A stretch of DNA of 64,000 nt from Eledone cirrhosa (GCA_964016885.1 OZ024740.1:295554001-295618000), one strand, 5' to 3'. Shown: positions 13,636-28,880, counted from the first letter of the stretch. Notes: generated from the letters alone by a model not told the origin. Translations and numbers: made by a program.

Positions 13636-13961
13636 TTTCAGAGCACCAATTCTAATTTTCAATTTCTGCTTGACCGGCAACCGCTCTGTATAATCAGTTC
13701 CTGATTATTACTAGAATTCTATAAGAATCAAACATTCACGATTTTCAGCAAACAGTTAGCTTTGATAAGCACCAAAAAGTGCGAAACAGGGCTCTGTCAG
13801 CTTTATCTCCCCTGTTTGCTGAAAATTAAAGTAAGGGAGATTGTCACTACTCTAAAACAATAGCGTAAGGTATTCGAAATGCTTTTAATTAAGCATACAG
13901 TGTATTGCAAAATACACTATATACACATTCATATATAAATCGCTATATCAGTGCACCAATC

Positions 13962-14089
<128 letters not shown>

Positions 14090-14147
14090 CGTGTGTGCGT
14101 GCGCGTGTGCGTGTGCGTGTGTGTGTGATGGTGTGTATGTGTGTGTA

Positions 14148-14211
<64 letters not shown>

Positions 14212-14570
14212 AATATATAAAGCTCAGAATTTACCAAAGGATAGATCGCGGTAAAGTACTTTAAAAATCAAGAAACCTTTTAAGCGGTCACCCCAGATGT
14301 AAACTTCTTGTCAAGTGACCTAAATCTGAGGGCTTAACAAATTCTTCCTTTTACTGCAGTTTCATAAGCTAAAGTAACAGAATTTGCCATCTCAATCAAT
14401 TAAGATAGTTATTTTCTGCCAGAATCTGCTTGATCATCAGAGAGGATTTTTGTTTGATAATAAGAGAGATAAGATATATTTACCAGTTGCTTCACCCCAT
14501 GTATGACCCAAATAATACCACCACGGTGCACATTAATACATGCATACGCAAAATATATTATATTATAGTA

Positions 14571-15341
14571 TACTAGCAGTAAAGCCCGGCGTTGCTCGGG
14601 GTCGCTCAGTAGCTGTGTTAAAGTTACAATGTTAAGTTTCTTTTTTGGCTTAAAGTCTGTCTGCACGACTGTCTGTCTGCACGCCTAACGAAATTTACAG
14701 ATACATATATTTTAAATAAACTTATATAATTTTTGCTTTTTTTTACGAAATATTTGCTTGTTTTACGTAGTCTTTAAATAGACTTGTTTTCAAGTAAAAA
14801 TATTGTTTTAAAAGGCTTTTAAATGGAAATGAAGCAAAACGGAAGCTTAGTGTTCGAACTGATGAATTTTGCAGGTCAAAATTTTGCTGGCTCGACAACT
14901 GTTCGTGTATTGTGTTAATGTCATTTTAAACGCTGAGAAAGCCAGCGTAATTTTTTTAATTTTTGCCAGCGTAATTTTTTTAATTTTTGCACGCAGAAAA
15001 TGTAAACAGAACGTAAGACGCTACGCTGAATGTAAACAGAACAAAGGGAAATCATTTTTTTAATTTTTGCACGCAGAAAATGTAAAGAGAACGTAAGACG
15101 CTACGCTGAATGTAAACAGAACAAAGGGAAATAACTGATCACTTACGCTAAAAAATCGATACATTATATTCGATTTCGTCAGATAGGGCGGGTCAATTTG
15201 AAATATTTTTTTCCGATGTCTTCGCTAGGGCTCAATGTACAAGTATAGCAATTTCGGTGCAATTCCGTGAGAGATTCTAAGAGGAGATGTGTGCCAAAAA
15301 TCGATAGACAGACAGACAACCTCAGTTTTATATATATAGAT
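14571..15341 (+). mobile_element. Non-autonomous Helitron/Helentron-type element with internal tandem repeats (14941-15130)
   Basis: TACTAGC..CCCGGCGTTGCTCGGG start; (GACA)n then TTTTATATATATAGAT end. Confidence 0.7.
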
Positions 15342-15352
15342 TACTGACTACG

Positions 15353-15396
<44 letters not shown>

Positions 15397-15503
15397 TATT
15401 TTCCGTTGTGTTGTAATATAAATATTACACACAGTAGATTATCAGCTCACGTAGAGTTTGCTCGACGGTTCCAGTTGTAGTTCCAAAAGTAATCCGGAGA
15501 AAA

Positions 15504-15583
15504 ATAGAAAGATTTGAATGGATACAGTTTAGTTGAAAGGAATTTATAAATTCCTTTCAACTAAACTGTATCCATTCAAATCT

Positions 15584-15590
<7 letters not shown>
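15504..15590. repeat. Near-perfect hairpin with ~40-bp arms beside (TA)n
   Basis: ATAGAAAGATTTGAATGGATACAGTTTAGTTGAAAGGAATT and its reverse complement. Confidence 0.9.
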
Positions 15591-15643
<53 letters not shown>

Positions 15644-15975
15644 GAATGGTTTTCCGATGAGGAACGGAAAGGAACTATAGTTAACCGAGGATATACATTT
15701 TTATCTCATATAGAAATGACAAATTTCTTTCGTTCGTGGGATCTTGCTGAAGATTTAAAACGAATGAAACAGTTTTTACTCTGTAGGACTTCATTCATAT
15801 ATTGAATATATTTGTACACACCCCACACACAAAGACTCACAGATAAACGCACACACACAAACAAAAACACAGCCACACCCACACACACAAACGAACGCAC
15901 ACAAACATACTTATATATACATACACACAGGCACACACACATATATAGATAGATATCTGCGAATCTATCTATTTA

Positions 15976-16941
<966 letters not shown>

Positions 16942-17303
16942 AGGGTTGACGGACCCAGCATACTTATCAATGCCAGTACCGGTTGTATCTCAGCGCACTC
17001 AATGGGCAATGTAAGATACATTACCAGAGTATACACATAGTTATTTGCCTCAACACAACACACGTAAAACGGGTGCCTATAAGGTTCCCGGACTCGAGTT
17101 TCTGCCGCACTAATGCAGCAATAAGGTGCACTGTACCATCTGTCTGCATATATTATGCAACAATGCACAATCGGCTTATGCGGCTTCATCAGCGGGTATC
17201 GCCTAATCAATAACCAATCGATCGACAGAATCCAAACACCGGCCCATGCCGGTCATGGCTGTTTGTGACAACCGACAACCGATATATATATATATATATA
17301 TAT

Positions 17304-17366
<63 letters not shown>

Positions 17367-17833
17367 ACAATATATATATATATAACTCAGAACCAAACAC
17401 ATGCTATCCAAGCAAACGCAAACCATATTCTACAATCACCCAACCAACCATATACTTACCGCATAAGACATACATTCAATTCAAACATGTCCTGCAAATG
17501 CATGCTCCAGCTCTCAGAGTAAAATAACAACCAATCTACTCCAATTACTTCTATAGGGCAACGGACGACCTCAGGCTGCAGCCGTCGTATTATGTGTTTT
17601 TTTGTATTACTCATGGTGTGTGTGTGTGTGTGCATATGTGCGTTGGGTTGTTATGGTTCAGTTAGTCGTCGTGTGCACACAATTATTTTCTTTATTTTGA
17701 ATAAATATATTCTCTTTTATTAATTCGAATATGGTTTGGGTGTGGAGGAATGGTTATTTATTCCCCTCTCTGTTCGTGTGATAACATAATAATAACGGCA
17801 ACAACAATAGCAATAATAATGTAGATAATAAAG

Positions 17834-18043
17834 ATTTCTAGTATAGGCACAAGGCCAGTAAGTTTGGGGGAAGGGAAAGTCGATTAAATCGACCCCAGTA
17901 CGTTACTGGTACTTTATTTTATCGACCCTGTAAGGATGAAAGGAAAAATTAACCTCGGTGGGATTTGAAGTTAGACCGTAAAGTAACTCTAAGCTGCAAA
18001 GCATGGTGTTCGACTCTCTACCGATACTGCCAATCCACCGTCC
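17834..18043 (-). mobile_element. SINE family 1, full length
   Basis: A-box TGGCAGTATCGG, B-box-like region and conserved core. Confidence 0.9.
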
Positions 18044-18119
18044 TAATAGTGTTGATAATAATTCCATTAGCCAGGTCAAGTATATCACGTGTGTGTGAGC
18101 GCGCGTGCCTGGGCAGTGA

Positions 18120-18400
18120 GAATCTATTCAGGTGTGTTTTTGTATTTTTGAATAAACTTATTTTATTTATTCGTATTTGACATCTGGCATTATCGGGACA
18201 ACAGTGGAGTGGGAAAACTTGGAATTTACCGGACTTGTTTCTTGCACATAAATCTAAATGCTCACTAAGAGGTGTCTGTTTTGTCGGAAGGTCTCGTAAT
18301 TGTTGACAATGAATCGTCATTCTGTTTCTGAGGCTGTGTTTGGTTTGCCCTATGTAATCTTTGTTACACCCTTAACATTTAATGTCACATATCAATTTCT
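18120..18400 (-). mobile_element. PLE GIY-YIG endonuclease fragment
   Basis: LICDIKC*GCNKDYIGQTKHSLRNRMTIH..PLSEHLDLC. Confidence 0.8.
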
Positions 18401-18424
18401 TTGATGTATATATATATATTTCTT

Positions 18425-18475
<51 letters not shown>

Positions 18476-18569
18476 CACACACACACACACAAAGATATAT
18501 ATGCACGTATTATTTATTGTAAACTTATTTACTAGTTGTATACAGTAGAAATTCAATGTACATTTATGG

Positions 18570-18960
18570 TTAAAGATTCGTCGTGTGGCCTGTTGTCATC
18601 TAAAGTCGTCAAACCTGACGTTGCATATCTCCTCAGCTGCCATTTGGATACAGGTATCGAGGTCAGTGAGGAGAGATGCGTTGCTGTAGCAAGGACCGTT
18701 ACGAAATGTATAGAGGAGCCTCTGCATAGCGAAGCTGTTCCTCTAGGAGGAGAGCTGGATGGGCGTCAATCATGTCCTGTCTGCTCGTGAGGGTCATGAG
18801 CTGCTGGAGCCTGAACCTGATGGTGGAGCGGATGGCCGTCGGGAGGATCGGTGACCCGAGGATGAAGATATTTAGGGCACCAGATTGGCAGAGACCTTAG
18901 TGCAGTGAGTGAGAGGCTCTGTGATATCTGTTCTGAAGGATTATGTGTTGAGTTCAAATT
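18570..18960 (-). mobile_element. Degenerate CRE-like non-LTR RT/thumb fragment
   Basis: Translation SFAMQRLLYTFRNGPC..LLTDLD..EEICNVRFDD..QA resembles the post-RT region of CRE-clade elements. Confidence 0.5.
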
Positions 18961-19595
18961 CCATTTCCTTTCGTTCGCTACTACCTGGCGTGAAACGGGG
19001 CTTTACTGGCTCAACTAACGGTTATAGACATCCAGTTTCAAACGAAACAACGCACTAATTGAACGAACATCTTAGCCGGATCAATGCGAAAGCGAACTGA
19101 AGTAGAACAGATGTTGCAAAAACAAAAAACAAAAAAAAAAACAACTAAAAAACAAAAACAAAAAACAAACAAGACAAAACAAAAAAAGATATAAATAAAG
19201 AAAGCAATGTAGCTTGTGTTTCGTAAAGGAAAGAATGTTTCTGCTTATATTGTTGGTGTTGAGCATCAGTTTAACCCTGATCTAGCAGACATGATCAAAA
19301 TGAATTCCAACCGTGACCACCCCGTCTTTTTGCTGTATATTGGATTATATTATTAAATGCGATGTTTTTATTTTTCAAAGACAGTAGGGTGTGATTTTAT
19401 AAAGTGGAGGTAATTTAGCTACCATAGAACAGTTATAAGAAACATATATTTGTTAAGAATGGGTATTGGAGCGGGAGGCGTGTTAGATGTAGCTCAGTGT
19501 TTGGTGAGATATGAGAGAAATAAGACGTTTAAAAGAATGTTATGGCACAAAAAGAAGAAAGAAAAAAAGATAGAATTGTGAGTGAAATATTAGTA

Positions 19596-19696
<101 letters not shown>

Positions 19697-22600
19697 TAAG
19701 AAAAGTAGTTAGAGAAGTGGGAGTGTGAGAGGGAGAGAGAGTCTGAGAAAAGGAGTTAAGAGGGGGAGTGAGAGAGGGTGGGCATTGGTTTCCAGCATTG
19801 CTTAAAATTTTGCAACTAAGTGCTGACAAAAAATATTCCAGACGCTTGTTGACGCGAACTTTTATTTATTTGTTTATTTATTTATCTATCTATTTATTTA
19901 TTTATATATTTATTTATCTATTTATTTATTAATTTATTTATTTATCTATTTATTTATTTATTTATTTATTTCAAAAACGAACGATTTTAGTAATGTTTCA
20001 AGTATCTTCAAGAATCTGCAAGAATCAATAAAAAAATATATATAAAATAAATTTAGATTATATTACAGAAAATTTTAATATTTTTCTTTTTGTTTTCCCG
20101 TACAAACTCATTAATTTTATTTAGTAGTAATCTTCGCCTTTCACTTTTCACTTCTTTTACTTGAAGAATACAAGTCTATCAGTTACTTCTCTCCAGGGTG
20201 TCTATACTCTTTTGTAACTTGAAATTTCTTCAAGTATTTTTAAAGTAACTCAAAAGTTCAGCTAAAGAAAGTGGAACTGTTCCTAATTAAATTCTTGTCA
20301 CGATGGAATCCTTTCTTTTTGTTTCAGAATTACTTGCACTTTTAATCTAACAAGTCTGAGATTCTAATATTGGTAAGGCGTCTAATTCTTGTGTTTATGT
20401 CATGAAATACTGACGATCATAATTTCATGGCATGTCAGAATAGTGATATTGTATTTAGGTTAACGCTATGAAATACGGCGTGTCTTTCGTTTAGCTTATA
20501 TTAATCACTGAGAATCGGGGAAAGATATTTTATTTCAATGTTTGCGAGTAACAGCCAATTACTGACTTACAAAAATTTTACATTTAACGAATATAGATTT
20601 CTAATAAATGAAATCTGGTCTTCTGCTGCTGCTGCTGCTGCTGTTGTTGTTGTTGTTGTTGTTGTCGTTGTCGTTGTCGTTGTCGTCGTCGTCGTCGTCG
20701 TCGTCGTCAGCTTTGAGCTGTAATAACCCCGTCCGTGTTTAAGTTATAATGTACCCATGGCTATTTTATTATGGACACATGTCCTTTTTAAAGATGTAGT
20801 TAGAGGAAAATCTAGCTACGATTTTTAGCAATCACTTTGAGTTTTCTTCATTGATTTTCTGAAAAAGCAAAGGAAATTCCCATGATAGTTTCAAAGGTTT
20901 CTGTAATTAATTATGTAAGATATAATTAGTAGCAACTGTAACCGGACTTTTTTTATAACTATTTATTGAAAATAAGTATGCCAATCAATCTTAGATCTAC
21001 TGATTTTGGAAACTGATGAAAATATATCATAATATATAATCTGAAAAGAAGAAAATCGTGTTAACCCGTATAAAATGATGATTTTCAACTAAAGTACATC
21101 TCTATCTCTTTGTATTAACCGAAAATTGGGTGAAAATTGTTATAAAAAACCCCGTTAAAATGTTATGTCAAAGTTGAGGAAAGGCATTGTCGAAAGAACA
21201 ATCAACACATTCAATTCTTTATCTCTAGAGAAACTGTTCTTTACATAAATGGTAAACAGACCCGAAGTCATTTATCGTTTGTAATCTGACAGAGGTAAGC
21301 TAATAACAATGTTGTGTTGTCAGGAGATATGGTGATCGTGTTGTCTAAACGTACGTTAGTTGGAGATTGTCTTGATTAACGGAACCAAAAATATTATATA
21401 CATAGAGAGAGTAGGAGATGAAAAAGGGGAGAGAAAGAAACGAGTTGATTCACCTTAGCAACAATGTAAGCTTAAGACAAGCATGGTTAACGCCCCAAGT
21501 GCAATAGTGTATTCAAAGTATTTGATCTTAGAAAAAACATCTGTGTACAGTGATGACAAAGACCCTGTGGTGGGTTTATCGGGATCATTCTTGTTTCATC
21601 CTTCACAGCTCCTAGTTAATATAATAGCTTTACTATTAATTAATCAACTTGATCCCTTACAAGACTAGACTTATATAGTTCCTGACCTCCTTTTACTTAC
21701 ACCTGTGTACACCTATATTACACGCCTGTAAAATAACATACACCTGTACTTGTTGGTGCACTTGACTACGGTAATAATTGTCTAAATAATAATTTCGAAA
21801 GCTAGGATTTCAGACAAAGCAAGTGGCCAGATAACATTCACGTTGCAATCTGTAAGAGGAACAATAAAAATCTGCAAAACTTTTCCACGTATCGTTTTTA
21901 TTATAGAATTATCAGCGATAGTACTTAGTTTCTTCTTTACAGGAATAATTAAGGAATACATACATAATCTCTGCCCCCTCGTTATCGAGCATGGCCATTG
22001 CACGATATACCATTATTAAGAATTATTAATTAATTCTATCGTGCAATGTCTGTGCGTGAAGAATTTTTTATAATGAGGAAAGACTATGCACTGAGCCAAT
22101 CCCACTCTCTGAGCGACAGTAGCTTTAACTCGAAAAGAAGAAAAGATCAACATCCTCGGTAACTACTGAGCTGCAGATTTTATGTCGGAGTTATCCCAGT
22201 TTCCTGAGTTGCCTTCTCCTAGAAGAATACCCTGACAAAGGCTAGTGGTCCTTCACTCCCAATGGTTTAACCACGTGATCGGGTATCCAGCCCGACTATT
22301 TCTATGTCCCCGCGCACATACATGCATATACATATATACATATACATACATATGTATATGTGTATATACATATTTACACATTTTTGGATGGCCGTTGACT
22401 CTTATGAGTTCTTCCGCCCTTTGTCGGGTTTTGTTTTTTGTCCTTCAGGGTGTCCAAAACCACCCTCCTCAGCAAGTAAACTTGGTGGGATTGCCGGTTT
22501 AGTCGCTGATGTGAGTTGGCTCGAAGAAGTGATGGGAAGAAATGAGAAAGGAATAAGATGAACTAGAGAAGATCACAACCATTTAAATACACTCATCAGC

Positions 22601-23087
22601 TGTTAGACCGCTTGCGGTTTCGACGATTTAACTAAAAGTACCGCGTAAGATAGACGGCTCGTAATAACGGAGAAATAAATATCTCTGTTGGTATAATGTT
22701 TGTGTTAGGAGCGAATAGATTATATAGACAGGCTAGAGAGAGAGAGAGAGAGAGAGAGAGATAAAGCATGTCTACTCGCCCTCAGGTCATCGTGAGAAAG
22801 GAAGAAAATGCCTCTGTGGGCGGAAATTCCTTACCCTGAGTTTTCCCATTTTCCTACGGATATGTGTATATATATATATAACCAAATGTTAAACAAGGTT
22901 CATTGATTTTTCAATTAATACAGTTTTACAATAGATTAAAAACACTCAACTAGGACGTTTTCTGGAGTTATTAATATTATTCAAAATATTAATAAATGGA
23001 TACATTCACATAATCAAAATATATGTACTGCCAAGACTGGAATTGAACCATCAGCACAGTTGAGGTATGTCATGCATCAATTTATGT

Positions 23088-23150
23088 ATTTTATCTGATG
23101 AGGACGTACTGAAAAAACAACACAGTACCTCCGAGATATATATAATAAAA
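23088..23150 (+). ncRNA. Hammerhead motif, family E, core mutated (GAGA)
   Basis: TTTTAT-CTGATGA-GGACGTACTG..CAGTACCTCC-GAGA-TATATA-TA-ATAAAA. Confidence 0.7.
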
Positions 23151-23707
23151 CATATATTTTGATTATGTGAATGTATCCATTTATTAATATTTTGAATAAT
23201 ATATATATATACGTGGAGAAATATATAAAGGAGAACAAACCGTTAAAACATGTTTATTTAAAATAGCACCTACGTACGTTTCGCCCGACTGGGCTTCTCA
23301 AGGGCATAACAAATTAAAAAGCGTTCCTTACTTGACTCCGAATGGGTTTTATAGATAAGTTCACATCACAGTCCATTCTTCGTAAAAACATGTATTGATT
23401 TTGCAGTAGGTCAAGGGAGATAACTCTAGCAGGTGTTAGAGCAATGTACCCAGGCTACTTTTATCCATTATTACTGCTTTACCATTGTCGATTCACGCAG
23501 AGTTAGGGATGCGAAGTTAGTTTTCAGATGTTTGTTTGCTATGCCTGCCCTCCGGGGTCGATTCATGCCGGGTCTGGGATGTATGGTTAGTTTCCGGATG
23601 ATTTTTGCAGTATCGCCTATCGCTTCTCTCTCTCGATACTTAATTATTCTATTACCGTGCTCCTTTTGTAGAGCATCTCACTTTATTTGCCATCATGTTG
23701 GAGAATC

Positions 23708-26470
23708 ATGTCTCTCAAGTGTATCCCCTTACCCAGCAGAAACACCTACCTCAAACAACTTATAGATGCCACCAACTCGTTTATACGGAGAGTTAGATGG
23801 AAGGCCTACCACCTAGATAAGAACACCCGTAACCTTCCAGAACCTAAAGAGAGGTACGGCTTCAAAACATACCGAAACCCACCGCACAACACCTTGCTAG
23901 ACTCCTTTGAGGAGGACCTGCTGAAAATGATCAGAAGCATTAAGTTCAAGAAGAAACACCGGTGCAGTAATCCATTCTTAACATCCCTGGATGCACTCAT
24001 CACCAAGATCAAGAATGACCCACACCCCTTCGTCACCTCTGACAAAACCAAGAACTGTATAAGATGGACGCGAGCAAGTATAAACAATTCATCTATAAAA
24101 AACTTCACAAAGACTACAAAAAGACACCCATTAGTACCTTAAATGACATAAATAGAGTAGGGATGGATATAGTTACTAGCTTAGAAATAGATAAGTACAC
24201 AAACCCGTATGTCCCTCTGACGCCTAGATTCTCTCTTAAGGATCACAAATGTAACTTTAATGAAAGCCCCTCTATTAGACTAATATGTCCCTCTACATCC
24301 GATATAGGTAAGATAGTTAAGTGATCCTCGATAGAGTACTACTGGAGCTTAATAGAAAAGCTAAGATCTGCCTCTGGAGCAACACCGACCAGGTCATTGA
24401 TTGGTTCACCGAGTTGCCTGATAAAGCGACCTTGAAGTTCATCCAGTTTGACATAGATAGTTACTACGCCTATATCTCCCCCATACTCTTAAATAAGGTA
24501 CTTATCTTAGCTAAATCTAACACTAGCCTCACTAAAAAAGAGATAGATATAGTTCTAGCGAAGCGTAGAACCATTATCCAGTTCGAAGGTTCCCACTGAA
24601 CCCGAACCAACCTTCCTGATAACTTCGATATCACGATAGGGTCCAGTGACTCGGCGCAAGCAACCGACCTGGTCGGAATATACCTCCTCCATAGGCTTAG
24701 GGACGAGATACCGGCCCTACAAGTAGGTGTATATAGGGACGACGCCCTGTTTACAGTTAGGAACCATAGCCCCCGCAGAATAGAGAACATTAACAAGCAC
24801 ATACACAGGTTCTTCAAGTCATACGGCCTATCCGTAACTATGGACCTCAACCACCAGGTTGTCAACTTCCTGGACGTGACCCTGGAGTTGAGTACGGGCC
24901 TATACAAGCCATACCATAAGCCCGGAGAGAGCCTTTCTTATATTAATTACGCCTCTAACCACCCTAAGCAGACTCTCAACTCCATAGTTTATAGCATGTC
25001 ACATAGGATCTCGAGGCTCTCCGCCAATGAGGATATCTTCAACCAAGCGGCGGATTACTACTATAAGGCCTTACTAAGCGCCGGTTTTAACCGAAGAATC
25101 TCCTACATCCCTAATGCTAGCACCAGGAATCACCCCTCTCATAAGACTAATGTTATAGTAAGCCATACCTATAACCGAACACGCGGTGGCTTTGAAAGGG
25201 TCAGAAATAATAGTATAGAGAATCGCACTAAGGAACACGGCCGCAATGTCAATTACACAAGCAATAGTATTGGTAGCTTACCACACAATAAGTACCACGA
25301 CCCCGGTGACAGTGACCACTGTAGCCTACTTGAATTATTCCCCTACTATAAGATCAACAAAGGCGATGGCCTACTACATAAACCTATACATAAACGTAGC
25401 AGAAGGAAGTCGAGTGCACCCGAGCATAAGGCGAAAGGAACACGTAACAGGCTACAGCAGAATAACATGCATAAGAACGGTCACCCTGATAGCACAACCC
25501 TTAGCAAACATACAAAGACACGGAATCGCCACCGCAATGTCCTATGGTTCCATCCTCCCTACTCTCGGAGTGTGGCCTCCGACTTACCCCGGATATTCTT
25601 CGAAGCCTTAGAGATGAACTTCCCACCCAACCATAAGTATAGGAAAATCCTTAATAGGAACAATATAAAAATATCCGTCTCTACCACTCCTAACCTAGCA
25701 GACATCATAGGAACAACTAATCACGGTAAGATCACCAAAACACAGCACCTTAGCACCGATACACCTACACCTGACAACAACTATATCGGCCTTAACGACT
25801 CCCTAGCAGCACCCAATAGTGCTGGCAACAGCCACTACAGATGCAACCAATATAACCGCGACACGACTGGGGAATATGCAGGTGACCCGTACGGGTCACC
25901 CAACGACAACAGAAGGCGTTGCGGCGTCCCGAATGATAATGGTACTCCTCCACACACAGCGGATTATAATGGTACCAACGACAGGTGTAGGGGCGTAGGT
26001 AACAACATAGATAGCAATAATAATAGCTTTACCTTGGGAACTAGAAGGGACTGCGACCGAAATTGCAACTGCCGTGACAGGGGACGCTGCCCCTTAGGGG
26101 AAACTGCCTGACTGATAGGGTTATTTATAGGTTCACCGGAACTAGCCATAATAGCGTTAAACATTATATAGGGGCTACGTCTGGCCCGTTCAAAAATAGA
26201 TTTCCAACACATCTCCACTCTTTCGCAAACAAGAAACTAAGACACTCCACTTCGCTCGCGAATTACATCACAGCATTAAACGACTCAAACATCAGCTTCT
26301 CCACACACTTGGAAATTGTCGGCAGGACAGCACCGTACAATTTCAAGAGGAAATGCGAGCTTTGCCTCATGGAGCTTTACCATATCATAACGGCACCCCA
26401 CGAGCTCATCAACAGTAGAGCAGAAACGACGATAAGCTGTACGCACCGCTTAAAAATCTCTTACACTCAT
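23708..26470 (+). pseudogene. PLE RT/GIY-YIG polyprotein pseudogene
   Basis: FIRRVRWKAY, SDKT, IQFDIDSYY, ITIGSSDSAQATDL, GVYRDDALF, VNFLDVTL, SNHP, WFHPPYS, CNCR..CPL, YIGAT..FKNRF..H, CELCLME. Confidence 0.9.
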
Positions 26471-26890
26471 TCAATAAGAATGAGGCGCGTGAACTGTAAA
26501 CCGGTCTCCTTGCACCAAATCTTAACACCCCGGCGGGCAGGCGCTGCAAAAAACATCCGGAAACTAACTATGCATCCCAGACCCGAACATTATAATAAAT
26601 GTTCGGTAAACCCATACGTACACATATATATGTGTGCATGTATGTATATATATATACATACTACTGTGCGTCTGTACACATATATGTTTATACGTATACA
26701 GCCGTACTAAGAATGGTATCAGCCGTACTAAGAATGAGAAATGAAATTTCGTTTCATTCTTTTACATTTATCGTTTTCGGTATGCCCGGCCGACTAACTC
26801 ACTCGATATGAAAATTAGGCTGCTCAGCCGTTAATATGCATAAGGAAAGTATATACTTTCAGACGTTCAATCATCGGACAGAAAGGTATA

Positions 26891-26931
26891 CGATGCTGAC
26901 GATAGCTAATAAGCTTGAAACTAGTAGATCG
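26891..26931 (+). ncRNA. Hammerhead ribozyme in PLE 3' region; homologue at 62500-62550 (-)
   Basis: CGATG-CTGACGA-TAGCT AATA AGCTT-GAAA-CTAG-TA^GATCG. Confidence 0.8.
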
Positions 26932-27159
26932 CTCCTGTGTCAGTGTTGAACAAAAGAGCGACGATGGTTGCCGAGCACTGTACGGCGTAATTCGGGCTGT
27001 TTGTTTACAAACAAACCGAACATTATAATAAAGTTTCGGTAAACCCATACGTACATATATATATGTGTGCATGTATGTATATATATATACATACTACTGT
27101 GCGTCTGTACACATATATGTATGTACGTATACATACTTATATATATATATATATATATA

Positions 27160-27290
27160 TAGCTTTCACCGTATTTTTGACTAAAGGAATGTTAGCCTGA
27201 TAATGGGGTTTAGTAAAAAATACGGTGAAAGCTATTCTATTTTCTAATTTCAAACCTGCTCACTGTTTCAAAACATACTTACTTGCCTCA
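27160..27290. repeat. Fold-back repeat family G; copy at 31305-31485
   Basis: AGCTTTCACCGTATTTTT..AAAAAATACGGTGAAAGCT; shared tail CTAATTTCAAAC..CTTACTTG. Confidence 0.75.
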
Positions 27291-27293
27291 TAT

Positions 27294-27512
<219 letters not shown>

Positions 27513-27629
27513 GGGAGGTTTTTTTACAAAATGAAAAATAACGAGGTATCCTACACGAGTGAAAGTATAAAGAAAAAAAGATGAAATCGAAAATGCAACT
27601 GGAGTCTTATTTTTTTTTAAATTTATATA

Positions 27630-28880
27630 TTTATTTTGTTCCTTTACCGGTTTCGCAGTTCTTCTGAGTATACGAAGGAGCCATGGAGAAGTATAAGACC
27701 CTCATAGAACTGGACATGAAAGGAATTTGCCCATTATACAGGAGCAAATCATGGAATAGCTTAGATAGGGCTAGACATAAGATAGGGAAAGCCACCTCAT
27801 GGTACGACAACCAGAGATACCAGAGTGTCATGTTTGTGGACGCTACCCCTGGAGGGAAATTAGCTAACCAGTGTAGAAAGGCCCTGAGAAAGACCCACTT
27901 AAAAATTAAGGTGGTAGAAAAGCCAGGAACCACCATAAAATCCCTGATCAGCAAAAACTACCCTTTTAAGAAAACCCACTGTACCAATAGGAAATGTATC
28001 ATATGTAAGGTAAACCCCCGGATAAACTGTAAAACTAGAAACGTAGTCTATAGCATAAGATATACAGAGGGTACCTGCAGAAAAATGACAACAACATACA
28101 TAGGTGAGACAGCTCGTAGCATAGGTGAAAGGATAGACCAACACTGGGGGGGGGGGGAACTAAAAGTACGAAAAAACGGATCAGTACTATACGAACATGC
28201 CAGACAACAACATGACGGTAACATAGACAACATAGAAATTAGAATAATATCTAAACATGGAAATGACCCAGCAGATAGGAAAATCAGAGATGCCAGTGAA
28301 ATAGAACTTAGAAGACCAAGACTAAACAGAAAGAATGAATGGAATAACAACAACACCAAAACAAACAATACTGACCTAAGAGAAGTATAAATAAGTAAAT
28401 AAAATAAAATAAAATAAATAAATAAATAAATAAATACATACACAAGCACAATAACAACAAACACATAAACACACATTAGTCACCCAATCACCAACACACA
28501 TCACACATCAAACAAAACACTATACACACACGCAAACGTATGCGCAAAGAAGACAAAATAAAATAAACAAACAAGCAAATAAATAAATAAATATATAGAC
28601 AGACTGAATAAAAATGGCGTAGCCATACAATTCAGCAGGAGGAAACAATAGCACCACTGATGATGTTGCAGATGTGCAACGAAAGATTTATGATAAACTA
28701 TATATATGTGTTTGTGTCTATATTGTATCTGTCTTATTTTTGACCGTCGGTCAGTCAATGGCAACATTGAGGACCGAGTATATTAGATTACCGATATAAA
28801 AGACACAGAAGCGAAAAGCGAAAACCAACCAAACAGTGAGTGTCTTCTGTTATTAATTCAGGCAATATTACACAAATATG
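27630..28880 (+). mobile_element. PLE 3' fragment: linker + GIY-YIG (27683-28390), 3' UTR and HHR
   Basis: VMFVDATPGGKL, C..C.IC..CKTRNVVYSI..C..YIGETARSIGERIDQH, RPRLNRKNEW. Confidence 0.9.
28653..28693 (+). ncRNA. Hammerhead motif at PLE 3' end
   Basis: CCA-CTGATGA-TGTTGCA GATG TGCAAC-GAAA-GATT-TA; stem I weak. Confidence 0.7.

Larger units (their letters stand above)
23215..27140 (+). mobile_element. Near-full-length PLE (RT + GIY-YIG), frameshifted, with partial tandem 3' repeat
   Basis: ORF pieces 23708-26460; 26580-26700 is repeated at 27015-27135; HHR at 26891-26931; bounded by (TA)n. Confidence 0.9.

Noticed and set aside
14941-15130. CRISPR-like repeat array
   Set aside because: Plain tandem duplications with no unique spacers, inside a eukaryotic transposon; no cas genes
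17165-17200. Minus-strand CTGATGAAGCC..GCCGATT
   Set aside because: Lacks GAAA and a clear stem II; at best a decayed HHR
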